NCBI GenBank assembly: GCA_964488985.1
Contig: CAZAWX010000002.1
Span: forward strand, 1-54,033
Direction: 5' to 3'
From: an uncultured Ectothiorhodospiraceae bacterium
GTDB taxonomy: Bacteria > Pseudomonadota > Gammaproteobacteria > HK1
Length of the DNA: 54,033 bases
How positions within the stretch are numbered: position 1 is the stretch's first letter; each line of letters starts with the position of its first letter. A program made the position numbers and the translations under genes. Below the pieces are notes generated by a model. That model made no database searches. It was given only the letters and a program-made list of their open reading frames with translations, and was not told the origin of the DNA. Of this stretch, positions 13,573 through 23,788 are shown one piece after another.

Positions 13573-14166
13573 ATGAGTGCCAGTGATACAAGTAATAGCC
13601 GACGCCGGTTTTTAACCGGTGCTGTGGGTGTGGTGGGAGGCATCGGAGGGGTATTTACCGCAGTCCCCTTTATCGCTTCCTGGACTCCGAGTGAGCGTGC
13701 CTACGCAATTGGTGCGCCAGTGGATGTTGATATCAGCAAAATCGAACCCGGTCGCATGATCGTGGAGAAATGGCAGGGCAAACCTGTATTTATTGTGAAT
13801 CGACCCGATGCTGCTTTGCAAAGACTGCCTCTGAATGAATCCGTGTTAAGGGATCCGAAGTCGCTGGAAAATCAGCAACCGGATTACGCGCAAAATGAAT
13901 ACCGATCAAGGAAACCCCAACTACTGGTGATGATAGGGGTTTGTACACATCTGGGTTGTGCGCCTACCTACCGCCCTGATGTGGCGCCAATCGATCTGGG
14001 CCCCGCTTGGCAAGGCGGATTTTTCTGTCCCTGCCACGGCTCTAGATTTGACTTGGCCGGACGGGTGTACCAAGGAGTTCCAGCGCCGACGAATCTGGTC
14101 ATTCCACCTTATAAATATCTGAATGATGATCGCATCCTCATCGGTGATGACCAGGAGAGCGCCTGA
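13573..14166 (+). CDS. petA: Ubiquinol-cytochrome c reductase Rieske iron-sulfur subunit
   Basis: Start moved to ATG 13573. Twin-arginine motif SRRRFLTG is present, as are the Rieske boxes CTHLGCAP and CPCHGSRF. Confidence 0.93.
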   Translation: MSASDTSNSRRRFLTGAVGVVGGIGGVFTAVPFIASWTPSERAYAIGAPVDVDISKIEPGRMIVEKWQGKPVFIVNRPDAALQRLPLNESVLRDPKSLENQQPDYAQNEYRSRKPQLLVMIGVCTHLGCAPTYRPDVAPIDLGPAWQGGFFCPCHGSRFDLAGRVYQGVPAPTNLVIPPYKYLNDDRILIGDDQESA

Positions 14167-15587
14167 TGTCTGAGAGAAATCAATCCAGTGTTCTGCAAAA
14201 CGGAATCCAATGTGCGATGAGTTGGGTGGACACCCGGTTCCCGATGACGAAGATGTGGAAGGAACATCTGGCAGAGTATTACGCGCCCAAAAATTTCAAT
14301 TTCTGGTATTACTTCGGGTCCCTGGCGTTGCTGATCCTGGTCATCCAGTTGCTGAGTGGGATCTGGCTGGCGATGAATTACAAGCCCGACTCACAACTGG
14401 CCTTCGCTTCGGTGGAATACATCATGCGCGAGGTGCCAATGGGCTGGTTGATTCGCTACATGCATTCTACTGGTGCCTCCCTGTTTTTCGCCGTCGTCTA
14501 TCTGCACATGTTTAGAGGCCTGTTATACGGTTCCTATAAAGGTAAGCGGGAACTGATCTGGGTGTTCGGGATTGTTATCTACCTGGCATTAATGGCGGAA
14601 GCCTTTTTGGGCTATCTGCTGCCCTGGGGGCAAATGTCCTTTTGGGGCGCACAGGTCATCATCTCGTTGTTCGGCGCCATTCCTTTTGGTATTGGTGATG
14701 TTCTGTCACAGGTGATCCGCGGAGATTTTGTGGTCTCAGATGCCACCTTGAACCGGTTCTTTTCATTGCATGTGGTGGGACTTCCTTTGATATTGCTGGG
14801 ACTCGTGGCAGGACATATCCTGGCCTTGCATGAGATTGGATCGAGCAATCCGGATGGTATCGAAATCAAGCAGAACAAAGATGCCAGCGGCATACCGCTC
14901 GATGGGATCCCCTTTCATCCCTATTATACGGTCAAGGACATTATGGGGGCCTGTGCGTTCTTGTTCCTGTTCGCACTGATTATTTTCTACATGCCACAGA
15001 TGGGTGGCTTGTTTTTGGAAGAAAATAATTTCTTCCCGGCCAACCCTCTGAAAACCCCGGAGCACATCAAGCCGCTATGGTATTTCACCCCGTACTACGC
15101 CATTTTGCGTGCGATTCCGCACAAATTAACCGGCGTGATCGTGTTTGGCAGTTCGGTGATGATTCTGGCATTTCTACCCTGGCTAGATACCTACCCGGTA
15201 AAATCTATTCGTTATCGAAGTGTGCTGTTCAAAGTACTGGTGATGACCTTTGCAGCGACTTTCCTCGTGCTGGCCTGGCTGGGAATGATGCCTGCGGAAC
15301 CAGCGCTGTCAGAACTGGGACTGCGCCTTGGTGAATTGTACTTTGCCTTCTTTTTCATGCTCTGGGTCTATAGCAAGGACCGCGGCAGTGCGTTTTATAT
15401 CAGCAGTTTCGTGATAATTTTTATTGCCCTGGGCTTAATTGATGTCATCCGTTTTGATGAGAAGAAGAGTATGTTGATATTGGTGAGTGCGTTGTTACCA
15501 GCGGTTTACTTCATCTATTTTCTACTGGCACCTGTGCTGAGCAATCTGAACCAGGACAAACCTGTTCCAGAACGGGTGACATCATGA
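14166..15587 (+). CDS. petB: Cytochrome b of the bc1 complex, with an unusually long C-terminus
   Basis: WVDTRFPMTKMWKEHLAEYYAPKNFNFWYYFGSLAL, the heme-ligand regions and PEHIKPLWYF are all cytochrome b. The ORF is 473 aa, against roughly 400-420 aa for the proteobacterial homologues I recall. The extra length is mainly a block before the conserved KPVPERVT tail. ATG 14217 is an alternative start. Confidence 0.92.
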   Translation: MSERNQSSVLQNGIQCAMSWVDTRFPMTKMWKEHLAEYYAPKNFNFWYYFGSLALLILVIQLLSGIWLAMNYKPDSQLAFASVEYIMREVPMGWLIRYMHSTGASLFFAVVYLHMFRGLLYGSYKGKRELIWVFGIVIYLALMAEAFLGYLLPWGQMSFWGAQVIISLFGAIPFGIGDVLSQVIRGDFVVSDATLNRFFSLHVVGLPLILLGLVAGHILALHEIGSSNPDGIEIKQNKDASGIPLDGIPFHPYYTVKDIMGACAFLFLFALIIFYMPQMGGLFLEENNFFPANPLKTPEHIKPLWYFTPYYAILRAIPHKLTGVIVFGSSVMILAFLPWLDTYPVKSIRYRSVLFKVLVMTFAATFLVLAWLGMMPAEPALSELGLRLGELYFAFFFMLWVYSKDRGSAFYISSFVIIFIALGLIDVIRFDEKKSMLILVSALLPAVYFIYFLLAPVLSNLNQDKPVPERVTS

Positions 15588-16402
15588 TGAAGAAATTATC
15601 TTTTGTGTTCCTCTGTTGGGTCTTGTCAGCAGCAGTAGCCGCTGAAGGCCTGCAGTTGTTGGAGGCCAAGCCGGATATTCACGACAAGGCTTCCTTGCAA
15701 AATGGTGCCAGGCTGTTTGTTAATTATTGCCTGAGTTGTCATTCGCTGAGCTATATGCGCTATAACCGCATGGCAGCTGATCTTGGACTGACCGACCAGC
15801 AAGTTGCCGAGAACATGCTGTTTGCCAGTGATAAAGTAGTCGATGAGATGAAAGTGGCGCTGAGTGAAGCGAGTGCCAAGAAATGGTTTGGCAACCCACC
15901 ACCTGATTTGTCAGTCATTTCAAGAGCGCGTGGTGCTGATTGGCTATACTCGTACTTGGTGACGTTCTACGAAGACAACTCACCGACCAGGCCTTTTGGC
16001 GTCAATAACGTTGTCTTCAAAGATGTAGGAATGCCCCATGCATTGTGGACTGTGCAGGGACATCAACAATACATTGCTGAACCAGTGAAGGGCAACGTCA
16101 CAGCTGAGCACATCACAGGCCTTGCTACGGAACCCAACGGTGTTGTGGTAAAGCGTGAAGTGACATTGGACAATGGTGAAGTTGTGCATGTATCTGATCG
16201 CCTTGAGGTCAGTGTGCCAGGTGAACTTAGTCCGGGAGCATACCGGGGTGCGGCCCACGATCTGGTGAACTTTTTAGTCTACGCTGGAGAACCGTCAAAA
16301 CTGCAACGCGATAAAATGGGCATTTGGGTGTTGCTGTTTATCGCCTTCTTGTTCGTCCTCAGTCGCTTGCTGTACAAGGAATACTGGAAAGACGTTCACT
16401 AG
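15584..16402 (+). CDS. petC: Cytochrome c1
   Basis: ATGA overlap with petB. Signal peptide, heme-binding CLSCHS, PPDLS motif and a C-terminal membrane anchor (IWVLLFIAFLFVLSRLLY). Confidence 0.92.
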   Translation: MMKKLSFVFLCWVLSAAVAAEGLQLLEAKPDIHDKASLQNGARLFVNYCLSCHSLSYMRYNRMAADLGLTDQQVAENMLFASDKVVDEMKVALSEASAKKWFGNPPPDLSVISRARGADWLYSYLVTFYEDNSPTRPFGVNNVVFKDVGMPHALWTVQGHQQYIAEPVKGNVTAEHITGLATEPNGVVVKREVTLDNGEVVHVSDRLEVSVPGELSPGAYRGAAHDLVNFLVYAGEPSKLQRDKMGIWVLLFIAFLFVLSRLLYKEYWKDVH

Positions 16403-16446
16403 CCGGCGCCCTCCCGTTATATTTTAAGGCTTTCAGGAAATAAAAA

Positions 16447-17070
16447 ATGGCGCTATTGGCCAATCGGCGTTCTGTGATGTCGTTGTATTCCGACATTACC
16501 GATCCCGCAAGTCACGCGGTTCGATTCGTACTTGCGGAAAAAGCTATCAATGTCGAAATAACACACGTTGCTGCGGATAAAAAGCCAGAGGATCTTATCG
16601 ATCTAAATCCTTATGGCGATATCCTGACCTTGGTGGATCGGGAACTGGTTTTGTTCGAGCCCCAAATCATCATGGAATATCTTGATGAACGATTTCCACA
16701 TCCACCCCTGACACCAGTTGACCCTGTGGCTTTGGCCAGTAATCGGCTATACAGATATCGAATCAAGCGTGATATCTATGAACCGATGTATCAGGTGATT
16801 CAAGGCGGGAGTCAAGCAGATGAGGCATGCAGAACAGTGCGTGATCGCCTCACTACATTGGCGCCCATTTTTGCCCAGCGGAAATTCTTCATGGCGGAAG
16901 AATACAGTCTTGTGGATATTTTTCTGGCTCCTATTTTGTGGCGGTTGCCATTTTACAAAATTAAGCTGCCCGCTTCGGCCAAACCATTGTTGAAATTCTC
17001 AGAGCGATTGTTTCAGCGCGATGCATTTGATGCGAGTCTGAGTGAGTATGAGCGTGAAATGCTCATGTAG
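16447..17070 (+). CDS. sspA: Stringent starvation protein A (GST-like)
   Basis: 207 aa with a GST fold and an SspA-type N-terminus (MSLYSDITDPASHAVRFVLAEKAI). sspB follows directly. Confidence 0.9.
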   Translation: MALLANRRSVMSLYSDITDPASHAVRFVLAEKAINVEITHVAADKKPEDLIDLNPYGDILTLVDRELVLFEPQIIMEYLDERFPHPPLTPVDPVALASNRLYRYRIKRDIYEPMYQVIQGGSQADEACRTVRDRLTTLAPIFAQRKFFMAEEYSLVDIFLAPILWRLPFYKIKLPASAKPLLKFSERLFQRDAFDASLSEYEREMLM

Positions 17071-17514
17071 ATGGTTACATCCACCCGTTATGTATTACTA
17101 AAATCGAGAGTTGTGACTTCTACCCGACCTTACCTGCTGCGTGCTATTTACGAATGGATGGCCGACAATCAGCTTACTCCGCAGTTGGTTGTTGACGCGA
17201 ATAACGACAGGCTGCAAATTCCCAGGCAGTATGTTGAGGATGGGCGCATTGTATTAAACATCGCTGCTTGCGCAGTACGAAACCTCAACCTTGGAAATGA
17301 AGCCGTTGAGTTTCAGGCGCGCTTTAGTGGTTCGCCATTTAATGTATATATCCCGGTGCAACAGGTACTCGCCATAGTTGCCAGGGAAAATGGTGCCGGG
17401 ATGAGTTTTGCTGCAGAGGAAAATTCCCAACCGCCCACAAATTCCGAGGATAACGATATCCCGCCCCCGAATGACCAGGGGCCTGCCAGGCCCAAGCTGA
17501 AAATTGTCAAATAA
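17071..17514 (+). CDS. sspB: ClpXP adaptor SspB (stringent starvation protein B)
   Basis: RPYLLRAIYEWMADNQLTPQLVVD...GRIVLNI...ARENGAGM matches E. coli SspB, and the protein ends in a C-terminal LKIVK tail. GTG 17113, preceded by GAGAG, is an alternative start. Codons 2-14 look like a diverged duplicate of codons 15-27. Confidence 0.88.
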   Translation: MVTSTRYVLLKSRVVTSTRPYLLRAIYEWMADNQLTPQLVVDANNDRLQIPRQYVEDGRIVLNIAACAVRNLNLGNEAVEFQARFSGSPFNVYIPVQQVLAIVARENGAGMSFAAEENSQPPTNSEDNDIPPPNDQGPARPKLKIVK

Positions 17515-17515
17515 A

Positions 17516-17827
17516 TCAGTGTTGTTTCGGAATGGGTTCCAGATACACGCTATCTACTCGGCGATGTGTAAGGACCAGGGTACCGGTACAGCGCTCGATT
17601 GAAGATGGGCTGTAGTCAAACTGGTAGACTCGGCGTAAAACGAGACGTCCTTGAACCCAAACAGGCCATGCCTTGCGGAGTGCAACGGTCTCGTCCAGTA
17701 ATTGTACTTTATAACACTCACATGTCTTGCGGCATATCTGCAGGGCAAGTTCACGAGTATTCAGGCTTTCGCGCCAAAACCATATAAGTCCACATAGCAA
17801 AAACAATGCAGCGAGTGTGGACCACAT
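17516..17827 (-). CDS. Small membrane protein, DUF3301-like
   Basis: 103 aa. An N-terminal TM helix is followed by WFWRESLNTRELALQICRKTCECYKVQLLDETVAL...RRVYQFDYS, which resembles DUF3301 family members as I remember them. The call is by memory only. Confidence 0.55.
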   Translation of the reverse strand: MWSTLAALFLLCGLIWFWRESLNTRELALQICRKTCECYKVQLLDETVALRKAWPVWVQGRLVLRRVYQFDYSPSSIERCTGTLVLTHRRVDSVYLEPIPKQH

Positions 17828-17916
17828 TAAAAGAGTTCAGTTTGTTTTGAAATCATTGTGGCGTGCTGCCATGTGCCTGATGATGCTTTTATCTGCCAGA
17901 AGCAATAGTGCGCAAT

Positions 17917-19160
<1,244 letters not shown>

Positions 19161-19195
19161 TTATTGCGTATGAGCCCGGATCAGCAACCAAAGTT

Positions 19196-19609
19196 TCAGG
19201 ACTGAAATGCGTCTTGAACCCAGGCAACATTCGGCAGATCTCGAACCTCGTCAATCGCAACGACATCAAATCGGCAAAAGCACCCTGCATGTTGTGGATG
19301 ACGTTGTAAAAAATACTGCGCAGAGCGAATTATATGCTGTTGTTTGCGACTATCCACACTTTCCAATGCAGTGACATGGGTATTGCCGGACCTGTAGCGA
19401 ACCTCGGTAAAGACCAGGGTCTGCTGGTCTTTCAGGATTAAATCAATTTCTCCATAACGACAGTTGAAGTTTTTCTCGACGAGTAATAAGCCCTTGTTTT
19501 GCAAGTATTCCAGGGCTTTTAATTCTGCCCATTGGCCTCGCTGTTGTGTAGGACTGATCACTGTGCGGGATTTATCCCCTCGGGTACACCCTGTACGAAT
19601 ACAGCCCAT
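19196..19609 (-). CDS. yraN: UPF0102 family protein YraN (putative endonuclease fold)
   Basis: GQWAE..A..YL...G........NCRYGEIDLI.......VFTEVRYR...CRFDVVAI matches the YraN family. ATG 19609 overlaps lpoA by 52 nt. GTG 19561 is an alternative start that overlaps the lpoA stop as GTGA. Confidence 0.8.
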   Translation of the reverse strand: MGCIRTGCTRGDKSRTVISPTQQRGQWAELKALEYLQNKGLLLVEKNFNCRYGEIDLILKDQQTLVFTEVRYRSGNTHVTALESVDSRKQQHIIRSAQYFLQRHPQHAGCFCRFDVVAIDEVRDLPNVAWVQDAFQS

Positions 19610-21423
19610 TGTAGTTCACGTTTTACGCGGTTGTTTTCATCAAGCCAAAGTGTGCCGGTCAATCCTGGGATTTTCTGGGTGCGTGTGTTTCGTAATGCCC
19701 CGGGCTTGGTGGCAAGTGTATAAGCATCCGCACCAAAGGCATACAAGCGACCAATCCCTCCCCGCGCCGTCGGCCAGGTACTCGTAACCAATGCGGGCAG
19801 GCCAAATCTGTCTGGACTGAGAATCCAGGGCATATCCGCAAATTCAAGGCCGTTTAAATCCTGATCAACGCTGGCATTTCTGATCCCGGTAAAGGCGTGC
19901 GATGTCGCGATTACGGGTAAATCACCGGCACGGTAAAAACGTAGCAGCGGTTTTATTTGCCGTGCCGCCTGAGGAAATGCAGCCATAAACAGAAAATCAA
20001 TATCGTGCCTGGGTTCCGCATCGTGTTTTAATTTTCGTACCAGCACTCTGCGGATTCGGCGCGCCCGTTCTTCACTCTGATCGAAGTTCAGTAGGCGTTT
20101 TACCGTCCCTGAAACCTCCTTGGCATTATCTGAATAGTCCTGCTGGGCCACAACCTGGCCGCCCAGACGAATCCATGATTCCTTGAAAGCGTTGCCGACA
20201 CGTTCGCCCCAGGGCCCTTTTGGCGCCAGAATGGCCGCATTTTGGTAACCAGCGGAGTAGGCAAATTCGGCCGCCACGGCGGCGTCATCTTCCGGTGCCA
20301 GTGCATACTGGAAGACCGATCGGCCAGGCGCTGTTTTCGGCACATCCTGGACAGTTGAATACTCCGGGTAATTCAGTGCCAGGGTCGGGGTTTGCAGTTC
20401 AATCTCCTGCAACAGTTTGCCTACCTGTTGTTTAGCCAATGGCCCGATAATGAACTGGGCGCCGCTGGCAACGGCCTCGTTATAGGTATCGCTGATATCA
20501 CCTTGGCTGGAATCGCGAAACATCAAAGAGGGTCGGTTTGGGTTGGGTGAATCTGCATGCCAGGCGGCCATGAGTCCATCGCGAATCGCCTTTGCAGCAT
20601 CCTTAAACGGGCCGGACAAAGGTAACAGCAAGGCGATACGGTTCGGTGGCTGGGAAAGCACCAGCGCCTGTTCAAGTAGTTGCGGAATTATTTGTTCGCC
20701 GGCAGGATGTGCTGGGTAACTTAAATTCCATTCGTTAATCGTGTTCTGCAAACCAGTTACATCCCCCTGATGGCGGTGAACCCGCTTCGCCAAATCGACC
20801 CAGCCGCTGAAAGGATCGAGTGGCCGCAAGACAAACGATTCCAGTTGAGCTTCGTCTACTGTGCTTAATAAATTCCAAAGAGATTGGCGGTTGCTGTACA
20901 GTTCAGGGCCTGGTTCGAGAACGCTTTCCAGAACAGCACGTTCGCGAATCGCTGCCAGCAACTGATTGTCAGCCAGCAGAGCTTGCGCACGCAGACGGTG
21001 ATATTGTGCCAGCAGAGCCCGATCCTGGGTGGCGAGTAACGGTCCAAGTCGTTGCAGCGACGCCTGTGCACGGCCATCGAGCAGATCTGCCTCGGCCAGG
21101 ATTAATCTTCTGCGTAGTCCCGCCTGGGTAGAAAGTTCGCTCTTCAGAGCCCGAATTATCGCTCTTGTACCGGCACTGTCACCTGCTTGAAGAAGTGCCT
21201 TGGCTGCGTTCAGGCGGTAGTCGGCGGCCAACGTGCCGGTGGCCTGATTGGCCGCCTGCTGCCAGGCGATTGCAGCTTTAGGCCAGGCTCCCTGGGCCAT
21301 AAATTGGCGTGCAGGTTGTTCTAGTGCAGCACGCTGCTCTGGGCTTATTTTTGGAATATTGGCACAGGCGTTAAGCAACGCAATGATGGTGAATATAATG
21401 ACCTGACGGTAAATTGACGACAT
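19558..21423 (-). CDS. lpoA: Penicillin-binding protein activator LpoA (lipoprotein)
   Basis: Start trimmed to ATG 21423, because the longer ORF would run across the rsmI start. Lipoprotein signal MSSIYRQVIIFTIIALLNAC. An N-terminal helical/TPR-like region is followed by a periplasmic-binding-protein-like domain. The gene is divergent from rsmI, as in E. coli yraL/yraM. Confidence 0.82.
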   Translation of the reverse strand: MSSIYRQVIIFTIIALLNACANIPKISPEQRAALEQPARQFMAQGAWPKAAIAWQQAANQATGTLAADYRLNAAKALLQAGDSAGTRAIIRALKSELSTQAGLRRRLILAEADLLDGRAQASLQRLGPLLATQDRALLAQYHRLRAQALLADNQLLAAIRERAVLESVLEPGPELYSNRQSLWNLLSTVDEAQLESFVLRPLDPFSGWVDLAKRVHRHQGDVTGLQNTINEWNLSYPAHPAGEQIIPQLLEQALVLSQPPNRIALLLPLSGPFKDAAKAIRDGLMAAWHADSPNPNRPSLMFRDSSQGDISDTYNEAVASGAQFIIGPLAKQQVGKLLQEIELQTPTLALNYPEYSTVQDVPKTAPGRSVFQYALAPEDDAAVAAEFAYSAGYQNAAILAPKGPWGERVGNAFKESWIRLGGQVVAQQDYSDNAKEVSGTVKRLLNFDQSEERARRIRRVLVRKLKHDAEPRHDIDFLFMAAFPQAARQIKPLLRFYRAGDLPVIATSHAFTGIRNASVDQDLNGLEFADMPWILSPDRFGLPALVTSTWPTARGGIGRLYAFGADAYTLATKPGALRNTRTQKIPGLTGTLWLDENNRVKRELQWAVFVQGVPEGINPAQ

Positions 21424-21578
21424 GGCTTGAATTTGGTCCGTACTAAATGCTCGCATTATGCGAGTGTATCGAAGCAGATAGGGGATAATGATGAAGATAG
21501 TGCATTGTGCTGCAAAGGCTCGATACTGCCAAGCCATATTACCCCGCAGATCGAGCAACATGGCGGTGGAGGCCGACA

Positions 21579-22442
21579 ATGGGTTCTGAGGAAAAAAGCA
21601 AGTCGGGCGGATGTTTGTATATTGTAGCAACGCCCATCGGCAACCTGGGGGATCTGTCTCCGCGGGCGGTGGATATTTTGCAAAGTGTTCACTACATTCT
21701 GGCCGAAGATACGCGGGTTTCAAGCCGTATGTTGAAAGCGTTTGGAATTGCAACACGGCTTAAGAGTTTCCATGAACATAACGAAGTTCGGCTGTCACAG
21801 ACGGTGCTGGATGATGTACAAACAGGGCATCGGATTGCCTTGATCAGTGATGCCGGGACACCGTTAATGAGCGATCCGGGTTATTTGCTGGTCCGGAACA
21901 TGCATGCCGCAGCATTGTCTGTACGGGTTGTACCAGGACCTTGTGCCTTAACGGCTGCGTTGAGTGTTGCTGGACTTGCGACTCGCCCGGTCTGGTTTGA
22001 AGGATTCCTGCCCGCCAGGCACGAGGCCCGTGTACGACGTTTACAGACGCTGAAAGATATTAAGGCTACGCTGGCCTTTTACGAAGCACCGCATCGAGTG
22101 TTATCAACATTGGACGACTTGTGCCTGGAGTTTGGTGGTAACAGGGTGGCCGCATTTGCCCGGGAATTGAGCAAGCGATTTGAGCAAACTGAGCTGGGAA
22201 CATTGGCCGGGTTGCATGACATGCTGTCTGTCCATGCCCCACGAGGGGAATTTGTCATTTTGGTCGAAGGTGCGGCTGAACATAGTCCCGATAAACAGGA
22301 ATTAGAGCGTGTCGTTGCCTTGCTGGCCGAACAGTTACCTACTGCCAAGGCAGCATCGATGGCAGCCGCCATTACCGGTGCCAGGCGAAATGAGGCGTAT
22401 CAGGCAGCATTACGACTCAAATCTTCTCTTCCAGACCATTGA
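21579..22442 (+). CDS. rsmI: 16S rRNA 2'-O-ribose C1402 methyltransferase
   Basis: Start at ATG 21579. LYIVATPIGNLGDLSPRAVDILQSV..ILAEDTR is the tetrapyrrole-methylase-type RsmI N-terminus. 287 aa. Confidence 0.9.
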   Translation: MGSEEKSKSGGCLYIVATPIGNLGDLSPRAVDILQSVHYILAEDTRVSSRMLKAFGIATRLKSFHEHNEVRLSQTVLDDVQTGHRIALISDAGTPLMSDPGYLLVRNMHAAALSVRVVPGPCALTAALSVAGLATRPVWFEGFLPARHEARVRRLQTLKDIKATLAFYEAPHRVLSTLDDLCLEFGGNRVAAFARELSKRFEQTELGTLAGLHDMLSVHAPRGEFVILVEGAAEHSPDKQELERVVALLAEQLPTAKAASMAAAITGARRNEAYQAALRLKSSLPDH

Positions 22443-22474
22443 ACCTGAGCGTCGCAGGACGCAAACTAGCTATG

Positions 22475-22858
22475 CGTGAGAGTCGGCCAGACGGTCGCCG
22501 CGCCGAGACTTCGGCGGGGAGGAAAGTCCGGGCTCCAACGGGCAGGATGCCAGGTAACGCCTGGGGGATGTGAATCCACGGAAAGTGCCACAGAAAATAT
22601 ACCGCCCGTTGCGCTTCGCGTGATGTGGTAAGGGTGAAATGGTGTGGTAAGAGCGCACCGCACCGGTGGCAACATCGGTGGCAGGGTAAACCCCATCCGG
22701 AGCAAGACCAAATAGGGGAGCAGTTTGCGAGTTGAAACGACACGCAGCAAGGCGTGGCCCATGCCGCTCCCGGGTAGGTCGCTAAAGGTGTACGGTGACG
22801 TGCAACATAGATGAATGGCCGTCCTAGACAGAACCCGGCTTATCGGCCGACTCTCACG
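22475..22858 (+). ncRNA. rnpB: RNase P RNA, bacterial type A (M1 RNA)
   Basis: The universally conserved blocks GAGGAAAGTCCGGGCTCC, GCCAGGTAACGCCTGGG, GGTAAGGGTGAAA.GGTG.GGTAAGAGC.CACC, AGCAAG.CCAAATAGGGG and ACAGAACCCGGCTTATCGG are present in order. The P1 stem is formed by CGTGAGAGTCGGCC (22475-22488) pairing with GGCCGACTCTCACG (22845-22858). Confidence 0.95.
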
Positions 22859-23062
22859 TTCTCTAGTAATAAATAGATTAATTCGTTCGAAAGTTAATGA
22901 TTTAACGCTCATTTTCGGCCTAAACTCTTAATAAGTTACTTTAGAAAGAGCCCCCAACTGAATGATGTATATATCGAATCAAGAACCTGAAATCTATCGC
23001 AAGGATTGAAGCTAAGTTATTGAGATAAAAGCAAGATTTCCAAATTTTGTCGCCATATTTTC

Positions 23063-23092
23063 TTGACATCCTGAGTGCGCGGTTACCATAAT
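23063..23092 (+). promoter_or_regulatory. Putative sigma70 promoter of the dcw cluster (Pmra-like)
   Basis: TTGACA (23063-23068), an 18-nt spacer, then CATAAT (23087-23092). It sits in an AT-rich region about 60 nt upstream of mraZ. Confidence 0.5.
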
Positions 23093-23100
23093 TCCCTAAG

Positions 23101-23125
23101 TGGGATGAAGTGGTAAAAAATGGAT
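23101..23125 (+). promoter_or_regulatory. Putative MraZ operator: three TGGNN direct repeats at 10-bp spacing
   Basis: TGGGA (23101), TGGTA (23111) and TGGAT (23121), each separated by 5 nt and lying just downstream of the -10 element. This mirrors the TGGGN direct-repeat operator described for E. coli MraZ. Confidence 0.55.
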
Positions 23126-23150
23126 CGAATCGGAGTTGCGGGGGCACTCA

Positions 23151-23609
23151 ATGTTTCGAGGGGATGTTTCTTTAAATCTGGATAGCAAAGGGCGTCTCGC
23201 GGTGCCTAGTCGTTATCGCGAGAGACTTAATGAAACCTGTAATTCAAGACTGGTTGTAACGATCAGCTTGATGGATCGTTGCCTGGTGCTATATCCGTTC
23301 CCCGAATGGCAACGCATTGAGAACGAAATTCAGTCATTGCCTTCCCTGGACCCCCAGGTTCGCGCGATCAGTCACCTGCTGATTGGCCATGCTACCGAAT
23401 GTGAAATGGATAATCACGGGCGTCTCTTGTTGCCGCCTTCACTGCGCGAGTTTGCCTCGCTGGACAAGCGTGTGTGCCTGATCGGTCAGGTGCACAAACT
23501 GGAGATTTGGAATGAGACCGCATGGCAGTCTCGTCGTGAGGAATTATTGGGCCAGGTGGGATTTTTACCGGATTCGGTATCCGATGCACTGCGTAATCTG
23601 GTGCTCTAG
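23151..23609 (+). CDS. mraZ: Transcriptional regulator MraZ
   Basis: ATG 23151. [26 protein letters not shown] matches E. coli MraZ ([26 protein letters not shown]). The second DxxxR-type repeat is present ([15 protein letters not shown]). Confidence 0.93.
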   Translation: [152 protein letters not shown]

Positions 23610-23788
23610 CCTGCATTATTCATGAACGTACGAGCGAGGGGGGGGATGACTGTAGATACAAGGCGAGCGAGGATATCTGCGCAAAGACGTACTGTCTGTA
23701 CGTTGAGCGGATATGTCCTCGTGCAACGCCGTAGATACAGGCAGATCCGCTTCCGCAGCCGTGGGTTTTTGAATCATGCAGGCTAGAG
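23604..23788. repeat. Long-range inverted repeat enclosing the mraZ-rsmH spacer
   Basis: CTCTAGCCTGCAT (23604-23616, containing the mraZ TAG stop) is the perfect reverse complement of ATGCAGGCTAGAG (23776-23788, ending 3 nt before the rsmH ATG). The arms extend to 19 nt with one mismatch. The interior contains the hairpin ACGTAC-TGTCT-GTACGT and a duplicated GTAGATACA. Confidence 0.8.

Noticed and set aside
21424-21756. A 111-codon N-terminal extension of lpoA (ORF start 21756)
   Set aside because: It would run through the divergent promoter region and into rsmI. A canonical lipoprotein signal peptide with a lipobox begins at ATG 21423.
22417-22912. Minus-strand ORFs of 108, 148 and 62 aa between rsmI and mraZ
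   Set aside because: They lie antisense to, and entirely within, the clearly recognisable RNase P RNA gene, so they are artefacts of a structured GC-rich RNA gene.
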